From the NCBI RefSeq assembly GCF_009914755.1, contig NC_060925.1: DNA of 64,000 nt. One strand, written 5' to 3'. The position numbers and the translations under genes are program-made. Every line of letters starts with the position of its first letter. Within the stretch, counting starts at the first letter, position 1. Source of the stretch: the human T2T-CHM13v2.0 reference genome, Homo sapiens. The notes beneath the pieces were generated by a model. It saw only the letters and a program-made list of their open reading frames with translations. It made no database searches and was not told the origin of the DNA. This document shows, in pieces, positions 1 to 18,779 of the stretch.

Positions 1-1439
1 GATACCACACCTGACCCCCATGACTGTATCTCTCTGATCCACCTGACATTCACCCCATTTCCGCAAATTTCCTTCTTTCCTGTTCCTCACCCTGATCACG
101 CTTGATTTATTGCTGGCGGTTCCACCAGGCCTAATCGCCACACACCAGCAAAGGCAGGTTATACTATAGTACAAGCCACTAGCCCGCCTCTTAGAACCTC
201 TCATTTCCTTTCCATCGTGGAAATCTATCCTCAAGGAAATAACTTCTCAGTGTTCCATCTGCTATTCTACTACTCCTCAGGGATTCTTCAGGCCCCCTCC
301 CTTCCCTACACATCAAGCTTGAGGATTTGTCCCCACCCAGGACTGGCGGATTAGCTTTACTCAACAGGCCCGAGTCAGAAAACTAAAATACCTCTTAGTC
401 TAAATAGACACTTTCACTGAATAAGTAAAGGCCTTTCCTACAGGGTCTGAGAAGGCCACCGGAGTCATTTCTTCCCTTCTGTCAGGCATAATTCCTCAGT
501 TTAGCCTTCCCACCTCTATACAGTCTGATAACAGATGAGCCTTTATTAGTCAAATCAGCCAAGCAGGTTTTCAGGCTCTTAGTATTCAGTGAAACCTTTA
601 TATCCCTTACGGTCCTCCGTCTTCAAGAAAAGTAGAACGGACTAAAGGTCTTTTAAAAACATACCTCACCAAGCTCAGCCACCAACTTAAAAAGGACTGG
701 ACAATACTTTTACCACTTTCCCTTCTCAGAATTCAGGCCTGTCCTGGGAATGCTACAGGGTACAGCCCATTTGAGCTCCTGTATGGACGCTCCTTTTTAT
801 TAGGCCCCAGTCTCATTCCGGACACCAGACCAACTTAGACTGTGCCCCCCCGCCCAAAAAAAAACTTGTCATCCCTACTATTTTCTGTCTAGTCATAATA
901 CTCCTATTCACCGTTCTCAACTACTCATACATGCCCTGCTCTTGTTTACACTGCCGGTTTACACTGTTTTTCCAAGCCGTCACAGCTGATATCTCCTGGT
1001 GCTATCCCCAAACTGCCACTCTTAACTCTTGAAGTAAATAAATAATCTTTGCTGGCAGGACTATGCTGAATCTCCTTAGGCACTCTCTAATCAGATGTCC
1101 TAGGTCCTCCCAATTCTTAGACCTTTTATACCTGTTTTTCTCCTTCTGTTATTCCATTTAGTTTTTCAATTCATACAAAACCGTATCCAGGCCATCACCA
1201 ATCATTCTATACGACAAACATTTCTTCTAACATCCCCACAATATCACCCCTTACCACAAGACCTCCCTTCAGCTTAATCTCTCCCACTCTAGGTTCCCAC
1301 GCCGCCCCTAATCCCGCTTGAAGCAGCCCTGAGAAACATTGCCCATTCTCTCTCCATACCACCCCCCAAAAATTTTCGCCGCCCCAACACTTCAACACTA
1401 TTTTGTTTTATTTTTCTTATTAATATAAGAAGGCAGGAA
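1..1439 (+). mobile_element. HERV-H internal region, 3' part (defective pol/integrase remnant, deleted env, PPT)
   Basis: ~596-838 translates as LYIPYGPPSSRKVERTKGLLKTYLTKLSHQLKKDWTILLPLSLLRIQACPGNATGYSPFELLYGR, a gammaretroviral integrase C-terminal part. Polypurine tract AAGAAGGCAGGAA lies directly before the LTR. Confidence 0.95.
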
Positions 1440-7200
<5,761 letters not shown>

Positions 7201-7494
7201 ACATGCTGATACTGATAGGCAAACTATAATATTTTATGATGTCCCTGGTAACTTACCCATACGATTTTTTAAGTGCTTGAAAAGAATTCCACTAACAAAC
7301 TAAATACTGAACTGTGAAGTAATTTTCTGATTTATATTTTCAACTTATTGCTATAAAAAATAAGCAATCACAAATGAAGCCAGGAGAATAAAAGAATTTA
7401 AACAACAAAATGCAGATTATGATAGTTGCTTGGGTGTAAAAGACTATAGAAAACTCAAGCGATGATGGATAGTTTATAATAAACTAAAAATTGA

Positions 7495-8040
7495 GAACCC
7501 TAGGGCAGGATTCTAGTTCTTCCTTTAACCAGCTGAGTAACCTGAGGCACATCCCAGTGAGGTCTTTCTGGCTGTTTCCTTGTATAGAAAATGAATGGGA
7601 TAGACTTCATCAGTGACTTCCAAACTGGGTTCCAGGGAGATTAGGCATTAGGAAGCAGTTCATGGGGATAAAGGGAGAATTGATGGATTTTGCATATATT
7701 TGCAATATGATTCTGCTATGTTAAACATTTAAAATCATTGCATTAGATCATCTCTAGTTTTTTTCTGATAAAAAAATATTATTTGTAATTTTACGAAGTA
7801 TATAGCCCTAATTTAGGAGAGAACTGGGAATTAGAAAACACAGATTCCAGGCCGGCTCTTTTGTTTATAGCCCTGAGATTTTAATAATGCTTATCATTAT
7901 CTCTGCCTTTTTTGTCTTCATCTACAAAAGGGAGCTAGTAATAATTCTCTATGCACTTCTAGGAGCTATAGAGCAAATAGTAGGTAGAAATAGATGTGAA
8001 GTACTTTGAGAAGTTGAAAGTGTTAGGCAAAGGAAAGATA
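7495..8040 (+). mobile_element. MIR fragments (two pieces, with a possible hAT fragment between them)
   Basis: MIR-like core text: ...GTAACCTGAGGCACATC...GTTTCCTTGTATAGAAAATG and TCTTCATCTACAAAAGGGAGCTAGTAATA. Confidence 0.5.
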
Positions 8041-8676
8041 TTACCAGTTGCTACAGCCCATGACTATCCCAACTACAAGATTTCTGGGACCTTGAAAAAT
8101 TAGACAGAATCTGGTAGGGAATGACCTAAATTCTTATTTTCCAAGAGTGAATCAGCATAATGTCCTTCATGAGACTAGCTCTGGAGTATAATTGCCCAGG
8201 TGACCTTCCTGTGCCAGGTCAACCCACCTGGCTTAATTATCCAAGCCGTTTGAGAGCATGTCCATAGGTGAGAGAAGAAAAAGAGAAAAACCAAAAAAGA
8301 AGCCTTGAGGTGGAAGTGTTTGACCTTCAAAATGCTATTTGAGACTCTTCAAAATGCTGGGACTCTTTTGCCTACACCTTGGGCACACACAGCTCTTGGC
8401 TGACCTTGACTCTCATTCTCTGTCCATCTTGACTGATCATGCCCCACACTTTCTGGCCTTGCTTCGGGCCTTAAATCCAGACTGCTGACCTCACTCATCG
8501 GCTGAATGTTCCCCTGAGCTTCCATAATCAGCTGTTCCCCTCCATCTATTCCTGGTTGAACTTTTTCTTCTCTTGGGGGTAGTCACACTTCATAATCATA
8601 TTTATAACACGTAAATAGAGTGACCAAGTCATCCTGGTTTGCCTGGAACTTTCACAGTTTTAAAACATAAAATTCT

Positions 8677-8815
8677 AGCTGGGGGGGGTGATGTGCTACT
8701 GTAGTCCCAGTTACTTGGGAAACTGAGGCAGGAAGATAGTTTGAGCCCAAGAGTTTAAGGCCAGTCTGGGCAACATAGGGAAATCTTTTCTCTTAAAAAC
8801 AACAATAAGAAAAAC
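8677..8815 (+). mobile_element. FLAM (free left Alu monomer)
   Basis: TGTAGTCCCAGTTACTTGGGAAACTGAGGCAGGAAGATAGTTTGAGCCCAAGAGTTTAAGGCCAGTCTGGGCAACATAG followed by an A-rich tail. Confidence 0.8.
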
Positions 8816-8836
8816 ATTGGAAATTCCATGTCCTAG

Positions 8837-9289
8837 TGAAAGGAGTTAGCCAGCTTGCTTTAGGCAAACAGTAGGGAAGGGGCCCCAGAGAACCTCTTAC
8901 CCGCCCCACAAGTGCTTACATCAGATGTTTTGTTCAGATAAGGAAACTTGCACAGGGTGCTTGCCTAAACATGCCTGCAGTGGAAAGTTGAATTCCTGAA
9001 CACATGCACAGTAAGGGAATTAAATCAATATAGAGAAGTTTAGTCTAAGGGCCTGCATGTTCACTAGAAGGATGGGGTGGAGCCGCCAGGAATTCGTGCC
9101 TTAAGCCCAGGTATTAAACCGTGAGGGGGGCACTTGCCTGCCTGCATCCCCTTTTTTTGCTGAGAGCTTTCCATTTGCTTGGTAAATTCTACTCCACTCA
9201 CTCTTTGATGTCTGCATGCCTAATTCTTCCTGGCCATGAGACAAGAACCCACACCTAGCTGAGCTAAGAAGCAAAACAATCCTGCATCA
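8837..9289 (+). mobile_element. ERV1-class solo LTR (subfamily uncertain; MER61/LTR27-like)
   Basis: TG...CA termini (TGAAAGGAGTTAGCC...AATCCTGCATCA). Perfect 4-bp TSD CTAG at 8833-8836 and 9290-9293. Confidence 0.8.
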
Positions 9290-10041
9290 CTAGGAAACTC
9301 TTCAGTCCCAGGCAAACCAGGACAGTTGGTCACTTTATTGTGAAGGTATTAAAAAACAAACATACATATATATAAAGATAGAGACCTATAGATCAAAGGC
9401 TTCTGGACCATGTTATAAATATCCTGCTTTTTAATATAAGCTCTCTGGTTGGATCTAATTGATGAAGACATATATACCAAAAATGTCATTGAGTCTGATT
9501 CACTCCAAATATTATACCTATTTCTTTTGGGGGCCAGAAGTTAGAAGAACCAATACTATTGCTTTGGGGATGCCCTTTCTGGGCCATGGTGTAGCATACC
9601 CACAGCATTTTTCACCACACTTTTGAGGCTGCTAGACTGTATACATATAGCTATGTGTATCACCAGAACACCAAGCAAAGGTCCTGTGGAATACATAATG
9701 ATCACAGCATATCAGACACAAAGAAGTCCAAATAGGAAGAAGCAGAGAGAAGACATTGTGGAAATCATACCAGACCAGCTATGGCACCCAGTGTCTGCAA
9801 TGTGCAGTTTATAGCCAATTCCTCTCCAGGGACCTGAGGGCAGGCCAGGCAAACCACAGATGGCACTGTTTCAGCAGAGCACTACGTCTGTGATTTTCTA
9901 TACACAGATTTATATCTGTGCTCCCTGGATAATTAAGAATTTTCTAGACACCATAAGCTACTTTTTAAAAATGTGATTTTTTTTTACATAGAAAGAAAAT
10001 TCATCTTTTAGAATGCTTAACAGATTTCCCATGTATCATAC

Positions 10042-10810
10042 TGTGAAATATATATATTTGGTCTTTGTCCCCATCTCCTGGCATACAACTCCTAAAATTC
10101 TTGGAATCTCCAAAGTGATAAGTGTCTTTTTGTATGCTAATGAGTTGACTGATGGCTGACAGCCCCTGGGCAGCTTCAGGATGGGGTCTGTTCACAAAAA
10201 AAAAGCCAAGGCATGATTATAGGATTGAGATTTTCAGCTTTACTCCCAACCTCCAGAGAGGGGAGAGGGGCTGAACATTAAATTGATCACCAATAGCCAA
10301 TGTTTTAATCAATCATACCTATGAAATGAAGCCTCCATAAAAACCTGAAAGGACAGGGTTCAGAGGGCTCTCATATAGTTGAACACAAGGAGGTTTCTGG
10401 AGGGTGGTGCACCCAGGAAGGGCATGGAAGCTCTGTGCTCCTTCCCCCATGCATCTCTTGCCCTGTGCATCTCTTCATCTGTACCCTTTGTAACACCCTT
10501 TATAATAACGAACTGGTCAACATAAGCAAGCGTTTCCCTGAGTTCTGTAAGCTGCACTAGCAAATTAATTGAATCCAAATAAGAAATCCTGGGATTTATA
10601 GCTGGTCTGTCAGAAGCACAGGCAAAACAACCTTGGGTTTGCAATTGCACTGGAAGAGAGACAGGCTTGTTGAATAAATCTTCAACCTGTGGGATCTGAT
10701 GCTGTTTTTAGGTAGATTGCATCAGAATTGAATTGGAGGACACCCAGCTGGTATCCACTCAGTCATTGATTGTTCACTTGTCCTCTGTATTGATTGTTGT
10801 GGTATGAGAG
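10042..10810. mobile_element. MER21-family LTR
   Basis: TGTGAAATATATATATTTGGTCTTTGTCCCCATCTCCTGGCATACAACTCCTAAAA...GCTAATGAGTTGACTGATGGCTG resembles the MER21 consensus. Confidence 0.75.
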
Positions 10811-11869
10811 AAGAAAAAAGGAACAGTTTATTTTTTTCATTCAGAACCATCTAATAAGTTGTAGGCACTTGAAGGATTCCAAAAGTACTCATTTTTTTCT
10901 GGGGCTTTCTTCTGAGAGTCTTGTCAGTTATTTAATGAATACAAAGTGTAAAATAAACTTAAAATTTGAAGAAATTATAATCTGTTAAGATTTTTTAATA
11001 TTAAAAACTATTTTAAAATTATATATATTTGTTCACTTTGAATGAATTTTAAAATCTTCCACTACAATGGAAAGATATCCAATTTAAGAGTTAGGAGAAT
11101 TACATTAGAGAGCAGTTACAATTTCTAAAATGTTGGAACCCAAAAGTAACTCACATATATATATATATATTTTAAATGTCCCTATATTTTTGGCTCAGTG
11201 AGTGATGACTAAGTGATCAATAGGTAAAAATCCCATTAGGTACTTCTTTTCTGATTGGAAAAAGAGCATTTTAGGATTGCTATACTTTTAAAAGAAATAC
11301 TACCTTTGTTTTCTTCATGGTTGCCTTAAGCATGACGATAGGTAGGAATAAGGCAGAAAGCCTCAAAGGGCGATTTAAGGGCATGGATGAAGAGTTAAAC
11401 AAGCCACACAGTGAGAGCCATAAAGGTATGATGTCTCAAAGCCCAGAGTGGCCAATGTGGTCACAGCTATACAATGGGGTTTTTACAGAAGCTTCCAGAA
11501 GGGAATCTCTACTAAACAGTTGTGTATAGTTACAAGAATCAGGTCCTGTGACTGCTAGATTTGACAGAGAATGGAAAAGTAAGGATTTTCCATTAGAAAA
11601 GATGGAAAGCTAAACCGGCGAAGTGGTTATGGGTAAGAGTTGGAGGCAATGACACAGATATCCTACACCTCAAACCTTACAGGGCACTATATCTTGTAAG
11701 TTTACATAATAAAAGGTAGTCGTAATAACTGGTTAATGTTTTCTGTCAGTATTTTAATAAAACTTTGGACATTTACCAAAAATATTTGCTTCCCTCTCTT
11801 TTCTAAAAATGTTGGAGGCCTACCTAACAGTCTTCTTCAAATAGATATGTACCTTGCAGCAATTTCTTG

Positions 11870-12310
11870 GAGAAAAAAACAATGGGCATAACCCATTTGG
11901 AGGGCAAGTTGACAGTGTTTACTTAAATTTAAAACATGCATAATTTCAGGCCCAGAAAACTCTAGTTCTGTGAATGTACTCAAGAAAACGCTAGTATGTC
12001 TGCCTGAGAGGCACATGCAGGAGTATTCATTGCAGAATCAGAAGAGGACTGGCTGAATAAATGTGGTACATTCATACAGTGATGTAGACAGATACATCTA
12101 AAAAATTAAGCAAAGTACAGAATACTGTTTATAGCATGAAACCATCTATATAAAATTTAAAGCACAATAATACTTATCTTGCTTATGGATTTATGTATAT
12201 GTAATGCAGAGTTACAAAAAGTGAACTAGAACATATATCAAGTTGGTAAGAGTAAATAGTTTTCAGAAAAAAAGAGGGTGACAGACCTGGGCATAGCAGA
12301 CAAAGGCATA
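11870..12310 (+). mobile_element. L1ME-type 3' fragment
   Basis: TTTGGAGGGCAAGTTGACAGTG...TTCATTGCAG...GGCTGAATAAATGTGGTACATTCATAC. Confidence 0.6.
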
Positions 12311-12318
12311 TGCAGTTT

Positions 12319-12748
12319 TGAGGCAGGAGAATAGGGTCTGGGGACAGGGAACCCCAGGCCTTCCTAGAACTAAATCAATGGGAAAGACCCTGACTTTCTA
12401 AGACCAAGTAAATAACTTTGTAACTCTACTTCAGCTATGACAAGAAACATCCTCTTCATTTGCATAGGTGTAAAGAACTCTGTAACCTCACTTCATCCTC
12501 TTCATTTACATATGGCATACACCAAATAACCAGTGGGAAACCTCTAGAGGGTATTTCAACCCCAGAAAATTCTGTAACTAACCAGGCCCTTGAGCCACTT
12601 GCTTGGGCTTCTCCCACCCTGTGGAGTGTGCTTTCGTTTTCAGTAAATCTCTGCTCTTGTTGCTTCATTTCTTCCTTGCTTTGTTTGTGCGTTTTGTTCA
12701 ATTTTTTGTTCAAAATGGTAAGAACCTGGCCATCCTCCACCAGTAACA
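12319..12748 (+). mobile_element. MER51 solo LTR (ERV1)
   Basis: TGAGGCAGGAGAATAGGGTCTGG...CCACCAGTAACA with a perfect 4-bp TSD GTTT. Confidence 0.9.
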
Positions 12749-13867
12749 GTTTTACTTGGAAATGTTTCATTTTTTTTATTTAAAAAAGTGTAAACATGAC
12801 AAACAATAATTTCTAATCTGGGAAGTGGACACACATGTATTTATTTTAGGATTTTTATACTTTTTAAAATGTTTAGTTTTCAAAATTAAAAAAAATGTTG
12901 GAAAGAAAGGAGGATTTTGGTTTTTTTAAGATTGAATAATATTCCGCTGTGTATATATGTCACATTTTCCTTATCCAATCATCCATTGATTCTATGATAA
13001 ATACATACAATTTTTATTTGACAATTAAAAATAAATTAATTAACTGAAAAAGAGATTGCAGTACCTAGGGATGGGAACTGGAGACACTAAGTGCTGAGGA
13101 CAATTCCCCCAGCTGCTCTAAAGCTCAGGTAGCTGGGAAGCTACAGACAGAAAAAGCACACCTCAAGATCTCGAATACCAGCCCAAGAAAGAAACATTAC
13201 ATCTCCAGTGTTGTGGAAGATAAATGGATCTGCAGGCAAATATTAACCAAGAAGTCCCAGTTTCTACAAGAGTGAACACATTTAATTACTTGCATATTGC
13301 TACACAATACTTTTGCTAATTATGCTATCTAATAAAAATTTATTATTATTTAAAAAAGAAAGAAAAAAGAGAAAGGAAAGGAGAACTGAATTAAAAAAGA
13401 AGAAAAGAAAATCCTCGACAGGGCTGGTTTTGCAAATCTGAAGATCACAGTAAGAAAGCCATGGCGAACACCATGGGAGCACCCAAGTTTACTTAAAGAC
13501 ACCCAAAGCAACCATAATTAACCAAAAAACAAACCTATAGAAGGAAATTTGAAAATAATAATTTTAAAAATGTTTTTTGTAATTTTTTTGTGGGGAGCCC
13601 AGGGCTGTTTAGAGCAGGTTGGACACCATGAATAAAACATGGGTCCTACAGCAGAACAACAGTACCTCCCACAGCACTGGGTCCTGATGTGCATGACCTG
13701 TTCACCCTGGGCCCCTTCTGAGTGCTGGGCCCTGTTTATTTCTTGTTTTTCTTCACTCAGTGTTGGACATCTGGAGACCTAGATTTTAAACTAAGACACA
13801 CTGAGATCAGATCCAGCTCTTGTAGAATCCCTGCAGTGGTCTTCAGCGACACTCTTTGGCTGAAATT

Positions 13868-14703
13868 TGTTTGAGACTATAGTATATTAAGGCCAACAGA
13901 TCAGGCAATGACTGATGACTGCCATTGAAAAGTTAGTAACCAAGCAGCCACTTTTCATAGCAACTTTGAAATCCCACTAGGCAGGCATTCTAAAGAGTCC
14001 TTACTCTGGAAATAGAGAAGGTTCCTTGATTAGACCAGATTCTGTTCATTAGAAGGAATGCATGTGTCCATTATTTCTTCATGACAACATCTGCAATGGG
14101 TATTGATAAATCTGTCTACCTGGGCTATTAAGAAAATATAGGGTGTTAGTAGAAAATTTGATATGCAGAATAAGGCCATGCTTACCATGGAAAAGATGTT
14201 TATTACTCACAGTTCCTGGACACGGGACCTGGGGCTGGGGTGGGGAATTGAGATGAGGGGTGAGGAAGTATGCCGTGCCATGGTAGGGGCACACGGGAAA
14301 GCACTGGGGTTGGCAGGAGGCAGAGGGAGAGGGGAGAGTTGTGGGCAAGAGCTTTTATTGTGGTTTATGCAGGAAGGAGCAGGCGAGGCAGGGCTATGAG
14401 TTTACAATGGGTTTGAGTAATTTTAGCAAGTTCTGGGCCATAATGGCTGCCCCTCATTGTTTGTATCTGGTCTTGGGGCAATTAGGATGGAGGACAGTGG
14501 CCCTGAGTGTGAGAGCCAGCTAGAGGAGGTGGTGTGGATACGGGCTCTGGATTGGTTGGTTTGCATATGGGAAAGTTGGTTGCTGTCTCTAGGAATTACC
14601 TAGCCCTGGGATGGAGGCGAGGGAGGGACAGTCCCTCCAGGGTCAGCAAGCCCCCAGAAGTCAAAGCATCAAAATACAGGAAATGAAAGACATGTCTAAT
14701 ACA
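13868..14703 (-). mobile_element. MER74-family LTR (ERVL) carrying an internal insertion
   Basis: Reverse complement begins TGTATTAGACATGTCTTTCATTTCCTGTATTTTGATGCTTTGACTTCTGGGGGCTTGCTGACCCTGGAGGGACTG. Near-TSD AAATT/ATATT. Confidence 0.8.
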
Positions 14704-16230
14704 ATATTCTGAGATGCAAATAAAATCCTGAAAGGAAAAGTTAAGAAAACTTTATCACCATTTAGAAGGTCTCTGTTGTCCTTACTGGGTTCCTGAGCAC
14801 CTACACCGGGCCAATTTTCCAAATTCCAGAATTCCAAATTCACCTTGTCCTGGAGGAGGGTCAGTCAACATAGAGGGCTTGTAGCTCCTGCCCCGGTGAG
14901 TGCTGCTATCTTGAGGAGTCCAGTTCTGAAAGGCCCAGCACAGCCAAGCCTTACTTCCCTCCTGCTTGGCTAAACCTAACTCCTATAAGGGGGCAAGAAG
15001 TGCAGAAGCCCTGAGTGCTGCGCTGTATCCCTGGTGCATTGAATGAAAGTCAAATTTTCCATTATCTAGGGGAAAAGAGGAGGCACCAGGCAGAAATTGA
15101 CCTACTGTGCCAGCAGCCTAGATTAGCTTGTTTCCCTCCAAGGAACTGCACCATAGTCACTGTCACTGGGGATGCCATGCTATGCTCTCTCTTGAATGAG
15201 CTCTTACCTCCCAAACCTGCTATTTTCAGCCCTCCCTATTGAGAGCAGTGTCTAATCATTATAATTTGATCACTTGGGCCACCGTGTTTGTTTTTCCTCA
15301 TGCTGGCCTGGAAGGGAGAAGACCTTTCCTTGCATTCTGTTGTTTCTCCATCTCCCGGGGAGTGCAAACTTAAGCAGGGTCTAAGGAAGACAAGAGGGAG
15401 CAAAACTTACATCCAAACAGAAGCAAGTGCAGCACACTGTGGGTTGTATGTGAACAAACACTTTTCCTTCTTGCTGAGATGTAGCTGAAGTCTTCACACT
15501 GGAAGAACTGGAGAGAGTCCAAAGTTAAAACTCCTGCAGTGAAGGACCCAGGATTGAAGGAAAGCACCTCCCCTCCAATGACCTCCCAGTGGACACTGCG
15601 TCTGCTCACAGCCCTTCTGCCCAGCGTTCTCAGTGGTACAGCACCTGCTTTCTTTGTGGCTCATGGTTCCCCAAAGATTGCCACTATAGAGACAAAAGAA
15701 TACCTGCTTGTTTAATGTCATTATTTCATTTCTTATTTTTGCCTTAATGCCTGATCCATCTATGATGTATATAAAAAATAAGACTATGAGTCAACTTTTC
15801 GTAATTGCCTTTAGATGTTCAGCTACTCAAAAAAAATTTAGTTGCCTTAAAATGTAGGCAAAATGAAATAGATACAGAAGCTGGCCTTTCCTATTTCTCT
15901 TTTCTGTCATTGTTTTTGTGACCATTCCATAACCACCAAAGATCAGCCAGCTGGGCCATCTCTGAATTGCCACAGAGGGACTGGAGGGAGGAAAATTCTA
16001 CTAAATTGGTGTTCCGCAAAGCTCTTCTGTTTTGGGCACTTGGCTTAGGAGCAGGTTTACAGAATCCCAGGCACACTTCTCTGCATCCTGCCCCTGTCCC
16101 TTCCCCCACCTCCTGCTTCAATTCTGAGTTTTGGGGATAATGTTTCTGGGGCTACTTTGGAAAGCCGTGGCCAATATCCAAAGTCACATAGGGACTGTGT
16201 ATGTGCACCTGTGTGCAGACGCACTGAGCA

Positions 16231-16247
16231 GGGGCGGGGATTGGCTG
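16231..16247. promoter_or_regulatory. Candidate GC box plus inverted CCAAT box
   Basis: GGGGCGGGG directly followed by ATTGGCTG (CAGCCAAT on the minus strand), in sequence I could not assign to a repeat. Confidence 0.3.
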
Positions 16248-16650
16248 ATCCGTGTTTGATTTGTGGCATCGGGCAGATTCACATTTAGTAATTTTGTCTT
16301 CTTTCTGCCTACCTCACGCTAGCCAACCCCAGGACACCTGTGCACCTTAAAAACCATTTTCCTCAGAATTTCTGGATTTATTTTCTACCCATGTTTTTAA
16401 ATAAATCCTTCCTAATTTCATCCAGGAAGTTCTTAATTTCCTTTGGCCTGTACCTTTTAAAACATATTACACTTTGTTTATTTCCCTGAAAGAAGGGCTA
16501 TCATCTTTTCTGGGAAAACGTTATAATAAGGGACTAAAATGGCAACTAGAAACAAAACAAAATGAAACAGGAACTCTTCTGTGAGCAAATGTGATGCAAT
16601 TGTGTATCACTGTTGACACTAGCTCTGTTTCTGGAAAAAGTTGTATGTAA

Positions 16651-16986
<336 letters not shown>

Positions 16987-17193
16987 TAAACACTTTTTAT
17001 AAACTGGTTTTAATCAAATATTGTAACTACCCCAAGTGTTCTGTTTTGGCAAAATACATATGTATGAAAGCCTGTGGCTTTAAATATAAAGATTCGTAGA
17101 GAACGGTGGGATAAGTAACTTTTATGGTTTGTAATATGACTTGTTGTGTGTTTCACTCTTCTCTCCAGCAACCAATTATCTAGTGCCTGCCAA

Positions 17194-17811
17194 TGATACG
17201 GCTTCGATGACTGGAGGAACACTAGGGTTTTTGGTATTGCGCCGATTAAGATAAAATGACACGGACACACATGGAGTGATTTTAAGGAGCAGAGAATTTA
17301 GTAGGCAAGAAAGAAGAAAACAGCTCCCCTGTACAGAGACAGAGGGAGTGGGGATTTGAGCAAAGAGAAACCCCCTGTGCTGCAGAAAAGTGGTCGCTAA
17401 TATTGGGATGCTAGAGGAGGTGGTGTTTGGCTTGCATAGCGCCCAGGGGATTGGTTTGACCAGGTGTGTTATTTACATAGCCAGAGAAAAACCTGGGCTT
17501 CCCACCTTATTCCTTTAATATGCAAATGCGGGTTGTCATGATGTTCCGAACACAAGGTGGTGTTATTTGGAGGCGGCCATGACACTTGGCACAGGTGGTG
17601 ACAAGGAGAAGACTGAGGGAATTGCCATTTTGGCCATGTTGGGTGGACCTAGCTTTTAGTCGCCTGCATTTGCATATTAAAGCTTGCTGGCCTGGCTCTT
17701 TAAGCCTAGAAAATAAATGGTTTGAGGGTTGTTTCTCATAGGAAAATTTCCACTGAGAACCTTTACCCTTACTATTTGCCTAAAAATTATTTTTTAATAA
17801 GTCCCGTATTA
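17194..17811 (-). mobile_element. ERV1-class solo LTR (LTR21/LTR25/MER48-like, subfamily uncertain)
   Basis: Reverse complement starts TAATACGGGACTTATTAAAAAATAATTTTTAGGCAAATAGTAAGGGTAAAGG and ends ...GCCGTATCA. Contains two octamer motifs. Confidence 0.75.
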
Positions 17812-18779
17812 TCGACTCTAGACCAGGTGCTACCCAAAGCCCGGTTGTTCTCCCACCCTGTGCACCTTGTCTACGTCAGGGTGCTGTTGAAAGATTATTG
17901 AGGCCATGTCTGTAGGAAAGCCAGAGCTTCAAGAACAACAAAAACAATGTAAACAGGACTCCTTTCCTATTCTATTAATTCTATTGAAATTATTGAAAAA
18001 TAATTGTCCTTGCTTTATTTTAAAATTACATGTATTGGTTTTCATCACCCAGCAGCCAGAATACATTTGTAATTTGTTTTCCATCTCACTTTTTGCCTTT
18101 TACTAGTCTTGTCATGAGATGAAATTGGTAGTTTTGGGGCAGTAATTGAGAATAAATCAAGATTCTGTGTTTTATAAGTATTTTGGAGGAAAGTTTCATT
18201 AAAAAGAAAATTAACTTAGGTTCTTCAGACAAAATGCCAGGGAAATTTTGACAAAGTGAGCTCCCCAAATCTAACCCGTCTAAGTCATGTGGTAGCAGAA
18301 ACCCACAGACTCTCACAAAGACATGCAATGGGCTCTAAACTTAAGTGCAGATACTTTGATTACATTTCTTAAATTTCTCCATGAAGTTTCATGAGAAAAA
18401 AGAACCGTACAAAAACACAATGGCAGAACAATCACATTCTTCAGTGACCTCCTCTTGTGTGTTAACAATGCCTACGATGCATCCCTCCGATGAGCAGCAG
18501 GGCTGCACCTGCCACGAGGGGCTGGGCTGCAGGCTGAGCCCTCTGGCTTTGCTGAGAAGGGTGGTGATGGCATCGCCTGTACAAAGATTTCCAGAGGTAC
18601 TTGCAGAGGAGGAGGGCAGACCATCAGTGCCTCTTCACCTATAAAGTCATGCAGTGGGACCTTAGAGTTATGATGGACTCATATATGTGTGTTTTCCTCA
18701 AATTTCCTGATTTTAAATTAGACAATTGAAGGATCAGAAAATTTGCAACTAAGTGAATATTAAAATATATTAAACAAGT

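Larger units (their letters stand above)
8616..9337 (-). mobile_element. MER81-like hAT MITE, split by a FLAM and an LTR
   Basis: Terminal inverted repeats TAGAGTGACCAAGTCATCCTGGTTTGCCTGGAACT and AGTCCCAGGCAAACCAGGACAGTTGGTCACTTTA. Confidence 0.75.
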
